Source of the DNA: a bacterium
GTDB taxonomy: Bacteria > Patescibacteriota > Minisyncoccia > UBA6257 > JAUSGH01
Assembly (NCBI GenBank): GCA_030649055.1
Contig: JAUSGH010000003.1
Span: forward strand, 354-64,353
Direction: 5' to 3'
DNA: 64,000 bases
The notes under the pieces are model-generated. The model had not been told where the DNA came from and did no database searches. It saw only the letters and a program-made list of their open reading frames with translations. Position numbers and translations under genes: made by a program. This document shows, one piece after another, positions 48,509 to 57,487 of the stretch (within the stretch, counting starts at the first letter, position 1; every line of letters begins with the position of its first letter).

Positions 48509-49198
48509 CTATACCTGAACCGGCACCAGTACCGGCGTCAGCTCGCGAACCCGAAGGTCAGCGAGGTCGCAATTGTACTTCTCCTCCAAGCATGCGATGT
48601 CAGCAGGCATGAACTCGCAGCGTTCTGCGTCGTAACGCAGGAACGAATCCAGCACGCAAGGAAAGAGTCGCGGATTCCAGCCCCTCCCCTTCACCTCCCG
48701 CTTCCTCCCTCTCCGCAACTCCATCCTCACCGCTCCCTTCACCATCCGGCGCATGGAGTCGTTGGTCAGGAAATCAATCGGCAGGACGTGAAGGTTGACC
48801 GGCTCGTCAAATGCGCCTACGAACTCGGACTCCCGATCGTCGAACCCGAACCAGTACTTAAACAGCACGCGCAGGTTGCCGTGAAGCAACGCAGTGCGCG
48901 TCGTGGCGTCCTCCACCCGCTTGATGCGATCCCAGAACACGCGGCTATAGAAGCCGTAGTCGAAGATCGCCAGGTTGAGACGCTTCACGTCCTTCCCTCG
49001 CGCGACCCCGCCAAGCAGCAAGATCTCACTGATCGCGGGATTGAAGTGCTCATCGGAGATTTCGGGAGAAACGGCACGAAGCGGCCTCACACCAATCGCC
49101 GGCAGCTTCCCGGTAGGCCGTCTGCACAGAAACCCGGCGCCCAACATGACGAGTTGGGCAATCCGAGTCGCCAACTTGAGCGCAACCTTGTTCGTCAT
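48509..49198 (-). CDS. nucleotidyltransferase-like paralog with degenerate active site (D.D replaced by N-L-A)
   Basis: Alignable over its whole length to the 31304..31909 product (ILLLGGVARG...HVLPIDFLT...LRYDAERCEF...LEEKYNCDLADLR). Confidence 0.65.
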   Translation of the reverse strand: MTNKVALKLATRIAQLVMLGAGFLCRRPTGKLPAIGVRPLRAVSPEISDEHFNPAISEILLLGGVARGKDVKRLNLAIFDYGFYSRVFWDRIKRVEDATTRTALLHGNLRVLFKYWFGFDDRESEFVGAFDEPVNLHVLPIDFLTNDSMRRMVKGAVRMELRRGRKREVKGRGWNPRLFPCVLDSFLRYDAERCEFMPADIACLEEKYNCDLADLRVRELTPVLVPVQV

Positions 49199-49322
49199 GC
49201 GTCACCTCCCTCTTAAAATCTTCTCACAGCATAATCCTGCCCGGCGAGAAAGTCAAAGCGCTTGTATTCCGCTGATGCGTTTGATACATTTGCTATATAT
49301 AAGTAATAAATATTAAAAACTC

Positions 49323-50114
49323 ATGTCGTTAAGAAAAATAACAATAACAGCGGGATTACTTCTTGCGGTCGGAATCGTTACCTCTGTCGCGAACGCAACT
49401 CATTCATGGAACGGCTTCCACTGGGGACGCACGGCAAATCCGTTCACGCTTCAGCTTGGCGACAATATGTCGTCTACGTGGGACGCGTATCTCGGAACCG
49501 CGGCAACAAATTGGAGCGCCTCAAACGTACTGGATACGGTTGTCGTCAGCGGTAAAACAAAACCGCGCGTCTGTAAGCCAACAAATGGCCGCGTTGAAGT
49601 GTGCAACGAGCGGTATGGCGCCAACGGCTGGCTCGGCATTGCGCAGGTATGGGTAAGTGGCGAACACATCGTACAAGGGGCGGTGAAAATGAACGATTCA
49701 TACTTCCGGACGTCCACCTACAACACGCCGGCGTGGAAGAATCTCGTCGTCTGCCAGGAAATCGGCCACACGCTCGGTCTTGACCATCAGGACGAAATTT
49801 TTGACAATGCGAACCTCGGCACGTGCATGGACTACACCAATAACCCCTCGGCGAATCAATTCCCGAACCTGCACGACTACGAGCAACTTGAAGCGATTTA
49901 CACGCATCTTGATACCGTGAACACCGTGCTTTCGTCGGGAAGCGCAACCGCCGGACAGGGCAAACCGGAAGGTGTTGGACGGGATATTGATGAAAGCGAC
50001 CCCTCGGCATGGGGCCAAGTGGTGCGGCGCGATGCAAAAGGCAATGCTTCGCTCTATGCGCGCGATCTCAGCAACGGCGAAAAACTATTCACCTTTGTCA
50101 CCTGGGCACAGTAA
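49323..50114 (+). CDS. secreted metzincin-like zinc metalloprotease
   Basis: Signal peptide; QEIGHTLGLDH = HExxHxxGxxH. Confidence 0.72.
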   Translation: MSLRKITITAGLLLAVGIVTSVANATHSWNGFHWGRTANPFTLQLGDNMSSTWDAYLGTAATNWSASNVLDTVVVSGKTKPRVCKPTNGRVEVCNERYGANGWLGIAQVWVSGEHIVQGAVKMNDSYFRTSTYNTPAWKNLVVCQEIGHTLGLDHQDEIFDNANLGTCMDYTNNPSANQFPNLHDYEQLEAIYTHLDTVNTVLSSGSATAGQGKPEGVGRDIDESDPSAWGQVVRRDAKGNASLYARDLSNGEKLFTFVTWAQ

Positions 50115-50250
50115 ACAAATATAAAAGCACCCGAAAGCGGGTGCTTTTATATTGTGGAGATGGTGAAAGATTTCACTGCTCGCCGGCCTTCAGCCGCTGA
50201 TCCATGAAACTCGGCAAAGTTTAAATGTCAAAAACTGCCGCTATAGCCTT

Positions 50251-50829
50251 TTACCGCAGCTTATGCAAAACCTCGTCCCAAGAAAACACTCGCTCCACGT
50301 TTTTGGGAAATTCATGCCGTCGGTTCCAGGGCTGATCAAAAAGAAATATCTTCACGCCTACGGCGGCGCAGTCAAACGCATTTTCTGGGCTATCATCAAT
50401 CAGTACCTCTATCCCTAACGCCTCGCATATTTCAGACTTTTTGCGGGGCTCTTCTTTTAACCGAGAAGGACTTGCGTAATGGACGCCGGTAAAGACATCC
50501 GGAAAATGCTTCTCTATCCACAACTCCGTTTGCGTAATATGTTTATTTCGCCGCGCTGTAATAATGTAAAGTTCGTGCCCAGCCGCCTTAAGTGCTTGGA
50601 TTGCTTTTAAAGATCCGACCATCGGGCTGACCTTTTTTGATCGGTTAGTTGTTAAAAACTCATCTATTTCTTTTCTGTTTTCATCGCGTTCGCCACCCCA
50701 GATTTCCTCGAAAAGGTAACTATAAAAATCATCCTTTTTATAATGCGTCCCGTGTTTCTTATTGTGCATCTCTATAATAGCGATGCCCGTATTCGCCACC
50801 ACGTCGTCAAAATCAATTCCGATACGCAT
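50251..50829 (-). CDS. HAD-family 5'(3')-deoxyribonucleotidase (YorS-like)
   Basis: IGIDFDDVV motif I; lies between direct repeats of the ssrA 3' end. Confidence 0.75.
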   Translation of the reverse strand: MRIGIDFDDVVANTGIAIIEMHNKKHGTHYKKDDFYSYLFEEIWGGERDENRKEIDEFLTTNRSKKVSPMVGSLKAIQALKAAGHELYIITARRNKHITQTELWIEKHFPDVFTGVHYASPSRLKEEPRKKSEICEALGIEVLIDDSPENAFDCAAVGVKIFLFDQPWNRRHEFPKNVERVFSWDEVLHKLR

Positions 50830-50930
50830 ACATGTAGTATAATTTTTATTTCTCGTCTTTTCCATGCCCCTTCCCCGTTCAACTCTCGCAAACAAAAAGA
50901 AAACCGCCTGCTCAGGCGGTTTTCTTTTTG

Positions 50931-51241
50931 TGGAGATGGTGAGAGTTGAACTCACATCCGAATATTTTCTTCGAAAACGTCTACAAGCATAGTTCTAGAA
51001 AATCTAGGACGATTTGCTCTTGTGTTTAATGTTGCCTACCAGAACGTCTCAGCAACACGGTCCCTGTGTATAACACCGGTGATGCGCCGCAAGGGCATTG
51101 GCGCGCCGATGGCATTCGCCTATTAGGCGTATGCTAACGCAACATTTCTGTTGGCAGTTATAGATTTTGACACAGTTCACGAGTGTGCCTCCTCGGCTTG
51201 CAATTTTTGAAGAGCGATATCCGTCGAAGCCCGTCATCCCC
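50931..51241 (-). ncRNA. ssrA: tmRNA (SsrA)
   Basis: 5' GGGGAUGACGGGCUUCGACGG; 3' T-arm gugag-UUCAACU-cucac then CAUCUCC-A with a G3-U70 pair; tag frame GCC AAC AGA AAT GTT GCG TTA GCA TAC GCC TAA TAG (ANRNVALAYA); terminator at 50899..50922. Confidence 0.85.
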
Positions 51242-51282
51242 AAAATGCGCAGGGCGCATTTTGCCCTGAGCCTGTCGAAGGG

Positions 51283-51726
51283 CTACATTTTTAATGTTCG
51301 CCCTATTTCCCTCTGCGTCTCCCGTTTTTTGATTGCCTCGCGCTTATCGGGCCCGCGTTTGCCGCGTCCCAAGCCAAGCTCAATCTTTACGAGATTACCT
51401 TTAGTATAAGCACGGAGAGGTAGCAATGTCAACCCCCGTTCTTTCATCTTTCCGATGAGTTCGCGGATCTCTGATGCACGCAGAAGCAGCCGTCGCGGCC
51501 GCGATGACTCATACTCTTTCGGTGTATTGCCCGGCTGATATGGCGAAACATCCGCGTTTAAGAGCCAAATCTCATTTCCACGCACAATGCCAAAAGCCCC
51601 GCCAAGATTCATCCTGCCGGCCTTCACCGCTTTAACCTCATATCCCTTGAGCTCAATCCCCGCCTCGTATGCTCCAAGAATCGTGTAGTTAAACCGCGCT
51701 TTGCGATGTTCGGCCAATGTCGCCAT
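51283..51726 (-). CDS. smpB: SsrA-binding protein
   Basis: Full-length SmpB similarity. Confidence 0.93.
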   Translation of the reverse strand: MATLAEHRKARFNYTILGAYEAGIELKGYEVKAVKAGRMNLGGAFGIVRGNEIWLLNADVSPYQPGNTPKEYESSRPRRLLLRASEIRELIGKMKERGLTLLPLRAYTKGNLVKIELGLGRGKRGPDKREAIKKRETQREIGRTLKM

Positions 51727-51854
51727 ACGGAGAATATAGCACAATGACTAACTATTGACAAGCATCGCATAGTATGCTATATTGTGCTTAGTTTCCGCTA
51801 ATGTTCGGCGGAGTTCAGAAGTCACCGGAGTTTCTCTGTTCGGAGGTCCGACCA

Positions 51855-52237
51855 TGTACGAGATGATCATGATTCTCCTCGCTGCCGCCTTCGTCGCACT
51901 CATCACTGGCTGTCTGTACCACAAGCACCTCGCGAAGGTCGCGAAGATGCGCGCGGAGAAGCTGGCGCGGATCCGAACCACAACGGCTTGGCTCCGTCAG
52001 AACGTCCACCTCCCCAAGTTCGTCGCGCGGCGCAAGGAACAGCAGGAGGCGCGCACGAAGAAGTGGGCGCGTCAGGCGGAAGAACGGGGGCGTCAGCGCG
52101 AACTCGGGAAGAGGGTGAAGCGCATCCTGGATCCGTACTGGAATCTGGATGTCGAAGTTCGGGATGAGGCGCGCAAGCTCGGGAAGCTTCCGAAGGCGTA
52201 CCCCCTCACAAGCGACGAGAATCTCGTACGCAAGTAG
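51855..52237 (+). CDS. hypothetical membrane-anchored basic protein
   Basis: ggagg SD; hairpin terminator at 52262..52298. Confidence 0.5.
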
Positions 52238-52414
52238 TCTCACGCAGTCGCGCCGCGGCTGCTGTTCACAAGACAGCAGCCGCGACTCATTTCTCTATAC
52301 CATTTGCATAAATAAAGATTTCTGCTATGCTTTGTAGCAGCACTGACGGCTCGCGGCCATCACATTGATGTACGCGCTGTCGGAAGAAGGCGCTACTACT
52401 AAGGAGGTAGCAAC

Positions 52415-52924
52415 ATGACCAGGAAGAGGTTCAACGCACTGCTCGTCGCGCTTGCGATAATCGCAACCATGGCACTCGTCGGTGCATATCCGACGACCGT
52501 CGCCGCGGAGGACGAGAAGAAGCCTGTGGCTGAGGCGCCGCTCAGCCCGAAGGACAACTACCCCGTCTCCGTCACGTACTCCACCGTCGATGACGACCCA
52601 TGCGTCACGATTGACGTGATCAACGGCGGAGCGACGCAGATGATGATCGTTTTCGGGGAGTGGAAGCAGACGGTGAGCTTCCGGCTGCGCACCGACAAGG
52701 AGCCGTTTGCGGAAAAGGGGGCGACATGGGCGGAGTTCTTCGGAAATCCCCACAAGTTGTGCAATAACGCATTCGCATCGGCAGTCATCGTCTGCCCGGA
52801 CGAGGAGTGTTTGAGGGCGTGGACGGACTGGTACCCAAAGGCGTGCCAGGAGGCATGGGATCGCGCGCACCCCAAGCTGGAGCCCGCGCGCATCTTCCCC
52901 GATGGTCCGCACCCGCCGAAGTAG
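52415..52924 (+). CDS. secreted hypothetical protein
   Basis: aaggaggtagcaacATG; signal peptide; hairpin terminator at 52940..52975. Confidence 0.6.
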   Translation: MTRKRFNALLVALAIIATMALVGAYPTTVAAEDEKKPVAEAPLSPKDNYPVSVTYSTVDDDPCVTIDVINGGATQMMIVFGEWKQTVSFRLRTDKEPFAEKGATWAEFFGNPHKLCNNAFASAVIVCPDEECLRAWTDWYPKACQEAWDRAHPKLEPARIFPDGPHPPK

Positions 52925-53223
52925 AAGTTCGCACCGCGGCCGTCCCGATGTTCATCATCGAGGACGGCCGCACACATTTTCATCACCCGACGAAAGAAGG
53001 CTGGCAAGGCGCTGAAAACCGAAAACGTAAGGGTCGCCATTGTTGCGCAGCAAACCGTCGCGCAGGCCAAGCGGGCATGGTTCCCGCCAACCTTTGAATA
53101 AAAATTATGGGCGGGAGAGCGAGGCCGAGCGCGAGCGCAATTTCCTCGCCGGGGAAATTGATAGCGTGTTTGTCGCGCAATAAGGGCGGCCCGAACAAAC
53201 ATTTGACTATTTTAAAAGCCTCT

Positions 53224-53745
53224 GCTAACCTGATGAGTATTCAATATACACGCACCAACAATCAAATAACCGCTCCGGAACTACGCGTAGTCGGCGCTGA
53301 AGGCGAAAATCTCGGCGTCATGAAAAAGGAGGACGCTTTGAAACTCGCGACAGATCAAGGGCTGGACCTTATTGAAGTCGCACCGCTTGCAAAGCCGCCG
53401 GTCGCGCGCATCATGAGCTTTGACAAGTTCCGCTACGAGGAGTCCAAGCGCATCAAGAAACAGCGCGCGATGCAGAAAACCGATGGGATGCGTAGAGTGC
53501 AGGTTGGCGTGAAAACCGCGACGAACGACCTGAATATTAAAGCGAAAAAGGTGAATGAATTCCTGACGGAAAACGGCAAAGTGGAAATTATGCTTGTCGT
53601 CCGCGGCAGAGAAAAATCGCATAAGGACTTCGCGCTCGCCAAACTCAAACACTTCTTAACCCTCATTGATCCGAAGCATAAAGTTGTCGCCCCGCCGAAG
53701 TTCATCATGCGCGGCATCGTGGTGCATATCATGAAGGTCACCTAA
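53224..53745 (+). CDS. infC: translation initiation factor IF-3
   Basis: LDLIEVAPLAKPPVARIM and the C-domain. Confidence 0.88.
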   Translation, partial: ANLMSIQYTRTNNQITAPELRVVGAEGENLGVMKKEDALKLATDQGLDLIEVAPLAKPPVARIMSFDKFRYEESKRIKKQRAMQKTDGMRRVQVGVKTATNDLNIKAKKVNEFLTENGKVEIMLVVRGREKSHKDFALAKLKHFLTLIDPKHKVVAPPKFIMRGIVVHIMKVT

Positions 53746-53810
53746 ACACTAAATCCGCTTCCCATTCGCATTATTACCGAGCCCAATTCGCATCATTCGC
53801 GATTACTCCA

Positions 53811-54005
53811 ATGAAAAAGAGTGTTTCAAAAAGAATAAAAGTCACGAAATCCGGAAAATTGGTCCGCCGCGTGATGGCGCAGGATCATTTTAAGTCCAAG
53901 CATCCGGGTTCGCGCACGCGCAAAAAGCGGCAGACATCTTTCCTCACGGGGAAATTCGCAAAGATTTTCATGCGATATTTAAAAACAAAAGCGTCTACAC
54001 TCTAA
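53811..54005 (+). CDS. rpmI: ribosomal protein L35
   Basis: Basic 64-aa protein in the infC-rpmI-rplT context. Confidence 0.88.
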   Translation: MKKSVSKRIKVTKSGKLVRRVMAQDHFKSKHPGSRTRKKRQTSFLTGKFAKIFMRYLKTKASTL

Positions 54006-54008
54006 TAT

Positions 54009-54353
54009 ATGGCAAGAGTCAAAGGTGGCGTCCGCGCCCACAAACAGCGCGAAAAAGTGCTCCACTACACCAAGGGTTTCCGGTGGGGCAGAAAGTCAAA
54101 GAAAAAAGCGGCGCAAGAAGCGCTTGTGCACGCGTGGGACCATGCCTTCCATGGACGCAAAGAACGCAAACGCAATTTCCGCGCGCTCTGGCAGGTGAAG
54201 ATGTCCATTGCCTCCACTGCAGACGGCATAAGCTACAGCAAGCTCATCGGAGCGCTTAAAAAAGCAAAGATTGCGCTGAATCGCAAAATGCTCGCGCACC
54301 TCGCCGAACACGAACCGGCGGCCTGGAAAGCAGTAATGGCAAAAGTCAAATAA
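54009..54353 (+). CDS. rplT: ribosomal protein L20
   Basis: MARVKGGVRAHKQREKVL... Confidence 0.95.
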   Translation: MARVKGGVRAHKQREKVLHYTKGFRWGRKSKKKAAQEALVHAWDHAFHGRKERKRNFRALWQVKMSIASTADGISYSKLIGALKKAKIALNRKMLAHLAEHEPAAWKAVMAKVK

Positions 54354-54355
54354 CT

Positions 54356-54395
54356 AAAAATCCCTCCGATAGCCATCGGAGGGATTTTTAGTTAT
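54356..54395 (+). terminator. perfect hairpin terminator
   Basis: aaaaatccctccgatagccatcggagggattttt. Confidence 0.7.
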
Positions 54396-54889
54396 TGCTT
54401 CTCCTCCCCTCCCATAATAATCGCCGGCATAGGTGCCTGCGGCGCGTGTCGCCGCTCCTTATTTTCCCCGGCAATGAACCGGTGCGCCCGCCGCAAAATC
54501 TCCATTGTATCCTTATGCTTCGTAAGCACCTTCTGCGCCTCGCCGAACGTGAACCAACCGAACCCCTCGTGCTCTTCCGCGCTGATAGTAATGCGCGCTT
54601 GCGTTGTTTCGGCAAGATACAAAATCACCACGCGAAAAATCTTCTCTTTTTCGTGTTGAAAAATAAACTTCTCAAACGCTTTAAAGTTCTGGCGAAATTT
54701 CAGCTCGCTCGGCCGCAAACCGGTTTCCTCCTTGATTTCGCGCAACGCCGTTTCCCAGCTCCGCTCCGCTTTCTCAATTTTCCCTTTCGGAAAATTCCAA
54801 TATCCCCGCCCCGCGTAAAGCAGGAGGTATTTCAACCCATCTTCGGTCCTCCGGAAAATAATAATACCCGCCGATACTGTTTTCTTCAT
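54392..54889 (-). CDS. NUDIX hydrolase
   Basis: Nudix box GKIEKAERSWETALREIKEETGL. Confidence 0.82.
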   Translation of the reverse strand: MKKTVSAGIIIFRRTEDGLKYLLLYAGRGYWNFPKGKIEKAERSWETALREIKEETGLRPSELKFRQNFKAFEKFIFQHEKEKIFRVVILYLAETTQARITISAEEHEGFGWFTFGEAQKVLTKHKDTMEILRRAHRFIAGENKERRHAPQAPMPAIIMGGEEKQ

Positions 54890-54930
54890 GGTGTTACCAA
54901 TGTACAAATGACTGAGATGTTGAGTTTGTT

Positions 54931-56724
54931 TTATTGCTTCTTTGCTTCATTGCTTTTTGCGCGTCCTTTCAGCATACCAAGCATTTTCTCAACCGGCCAA
55001 GCATTGATGATGTCTTCACGAGTCGCCCAGCCGCGCCGCGCCTGCGCGATGCCATACTCCAGCACATAAAAATGCGTGGCTGAGTGGGCATCGGAATCAA
55101 TAGACATTTTTACGCCAGCTTCAACGCACTTCCGGATATGTTCATCCTTCAAGTCCAACCTATCCGGAAACGCGTCAATTTCCAGGACGGTTCCCGTTTC
55201 TTTCGCCACCGTAATAATCGCGTCCATATCAACCTCATACGGAGGCCGCTTGCCGATGAGCCGCCCAGTGGGATGGAACAAAATGTCCACGTTCGGGTTT
55301 TGCATCGCGCGGATGATACGCTCGGTTTGTTTTGATTTCGGCAAATTAAACAGCGAATGTACCGAGGCGCCCACGACATCGAGCGTTTGTAATGCCTCAT
55401 CGGAAAGATCCATAGTACCGTCCGCTAAAATATCGCACTCTGTACCCTTCAAAATCCGGAATCCTCTTTTGTTGAACTTTTTATTCAGCTCGTCAATTTC
55501 CTTTCCTTGTTCCAAAAGACGTTTTTCGTTTAAACCATTAGTCATCGCAAGCCGTTTGGTGTGGTCTGTAACAACAATATAATGCAAACCTACCTCTATG
55601 GCCGCTTCCGCCATTTGCTCAATGGAATCCGCGCCATCGGTCCAGCTCGTCTGCGTCTGGAGATCGCCCTGAAGGTCACCGTAGTTGATAAGCTTGGGCA
55701 GTCCATGCTTTTCCGCAGCCGCTATCTCCCCCGTCATCTCCCGCATCTCGGGCTCAATGTAGCCCAAGCCCAATTTCTCGTAAATCTCCTCTTCTGTTTT
55801 CCCCGCGACCCGAATCCATTCTCCGTCTCCTTTGCTTCTTTGTTTTCTTGCTTTTTTGCTTTCTTGAAACAGCCCATATTCATTCAACTTGTATCCTTTT
55901 TTGATAGCGAGCTGGCGCAACGCGACATTGTGATCTTTAGAACCGGTAAAGTAATTCAGCGCCGCGCCATAGGATTTCTTCGGCACCACGCGCAAATCCA
56001 CATCCAGCCCATTCTGCAATTTAATCGCGGATTTCGTTTCCCCGTGCGCGAACACTTTCACGACATCCGGCATTGAAACGAAAAAATCCATCACCGGTTT
56101 CGGGTTGTCGGAAATCGCGAGAATATCAACGTCGCCAATGGTTTCTTTGCGGCGACGAAACGACCCCGCAACCTCCAGCCGTTCCACACCCTTCAAGCCT
56201 TCTAAGCGCCGCAGAATATCACGCGCGATAGGGAGTACAACACCGAGCGGTTTCCGCCCGCCGAAGCTTTTCAGAAATGCGATACCTTGTAAAATGTTTT
56301 GCTCGCTTTTTTCACCAAATCCCTTCAACTGCTTAATTTTTCCGGCCAAGGCAACAGCTTCAAGCTCCGCGAGATTCGTAACGCCGAGTTCCTTGTACAA
56401 TGCCCCGATCTTCCGCGGCCCTAAACCCTGAATCCCGGAAAGCTCCGCGAGATTCACGGGTGTTTTCTTTTTCAGCTCTTCGTAATACTTCGATTTTCCG
56501 GTTTTTAATAACTCCTCGATTTTTTCGGCAATGGATAACCCCACGCCCGGAATATCTTCAACGGCTTTTAAACCCCCTTCGCGATACACGTCGGAAATTT
56601 CGCCGTCCAATGCTTCAACAACCTCCGCGACTTTTTCGTACGCGCGCGGCTTGAAAGGCACGCCCTGCATATCGAGGTATTCACCGATCTCCCGCAACAC
56701 TTTTGCAATCTCCTGATTGGTCAC
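54931..56724 (-). CDS. DNA polymerase X family with C-terminal PHP domain
   Basis: Pol-beta-like N-terminus; PHP histidines; contains an in-frame 8-bp-repeat insertion. Confidence 0.88.
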   Translation of the reverse strand: MTNQEIAKVLREIGEYLDMQGVPFKPRAYEKVAEVVEALDGEISDVYREGGLKAVEDIPGVGLSIAEKIEELLKTGKSKYYEELKKKTPVNLAELSGIQGLGPRKIGALYKELGVTNLAELEAVALAGKIKQLKGFGEKSEQNILQGIAFLKSFGGRKPLGVVLPIARDILRRLEGLKGVERLEVAGSFRRRKETIGDVDILAISDNPKPVMDFFVSMPDVVKVFAHGETKSAIKLQNGLDVDLRVVPKKSYGAALNYFTGSKDHNVALRQLAIKKGYKLNEYGLFQESKKARKQRSKGDGEWIRVAGKTEEEIYEKLGLGYIEPEMREMTGEIAAAEKHGLPKLINYGDLQGDLQTQTSWTDGADSIEQMAEAAIEVGLHYIVVTDHTKRLAMTNGLNEKRLLEQGKEIDELNKKFNKRGFRILKGTECDILADGTMDLSDEALQTLDVVGASVHSLFNLPKSKQTERIIRAMQNPNVDILFHPTGRLIGKRPPYEVDMDAIITVAKETGTVLEIDAFPDRLDLKDEHIRKCVEAGVKMSIDSDAHSATHFYVLEYGIAQARRGWATREDIINAWPVEKMLGMLKGRAKSNEAKKQ

Positions 56725-56837
56725 GTTGGCTTGGACAGCTTTATTAGGACGCTGGCGTAGTTACATCCACAAGTACTTCCCCGCTAATGAAGCTAAAAAG
56801 CTCGCAGACTAAAGAAGCTCGTCTACTCCACCGTCGT

Positions 56838-57482
56838 TTACTCGCGATCCTTCAAAATCGGTGCGACAGCTCCTCGGCGTGAAGGTGGCAATACAAGATT
56901 CGGGACGCTCAATAACAACGCCGCGGAAAGTAACGCGAAAATACCCGCGAAAATAAACACCGAGCTATAGCCGATCCACGTTGCCATGATGCCCCCAATC
57001 AATCCCGTGGTACCCACGGCAAAACCGACGGCGGTACTATCCAGCGCGTAATCCAATGAGCGATGTTTTTTGTCCAAATGTCCGGCGAAGAGTGACGAGA
57101 ATGACGGCACATAGAGCGCGAACCCGACTGCCTTCAGCAGTTGCACGGCATAAACGTGCCATACACTCGTCGCCAAGGAAAATCCGAATGCTGAAACGCC
57201 AATAACAATAAGAGAAAGAATCAACGCGTAAAAATCATCCCGTTCCCCATCCGTCTTATCAAGAAACAACGCAATAGGTATTTGCAGTACCGATTTAAAT
57301 ATCCAATAAATCGCCACCGCGATACCCACGGTGACCAGCGTCGCTCCCGCGATATTTCGCACAATGAACACCGAAAATATCGGGTCCAAAAAACCCCAAC
57401 CCGCCCACAAAAATACATCGGCAAGAATAAAGCGCTTGATGAACCTGCTGATGTTGAAATTAAAGGAAAGACCAAACCGCAT
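56838..57482 (-). CDS. polytopic membrane protein (half-MFS-like)
   Basis: 6 TM segments. Confidence 0.5.
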   Translation of the reverse strand: MRFGLSFNFNISRFIKRFILADVFLWAGWGFLDPIFSVFIVRNIAGATLVTVGIAVAIYWIFKSVLQIPIALFLDKTDGERDDFYALILSLIVIGVSAFGFSLATSVWHVYAVQLLKAVGFALYVPSFSSLFAGHLDKKHRSLDYALDSTAVGFAVGTTGLIGGIMATWIGYSSVFIFAGIFALLSAALLLSVPNLVLPPSRRGAVAPILKDRE

Positions 57483-57487
57483 AAGGC

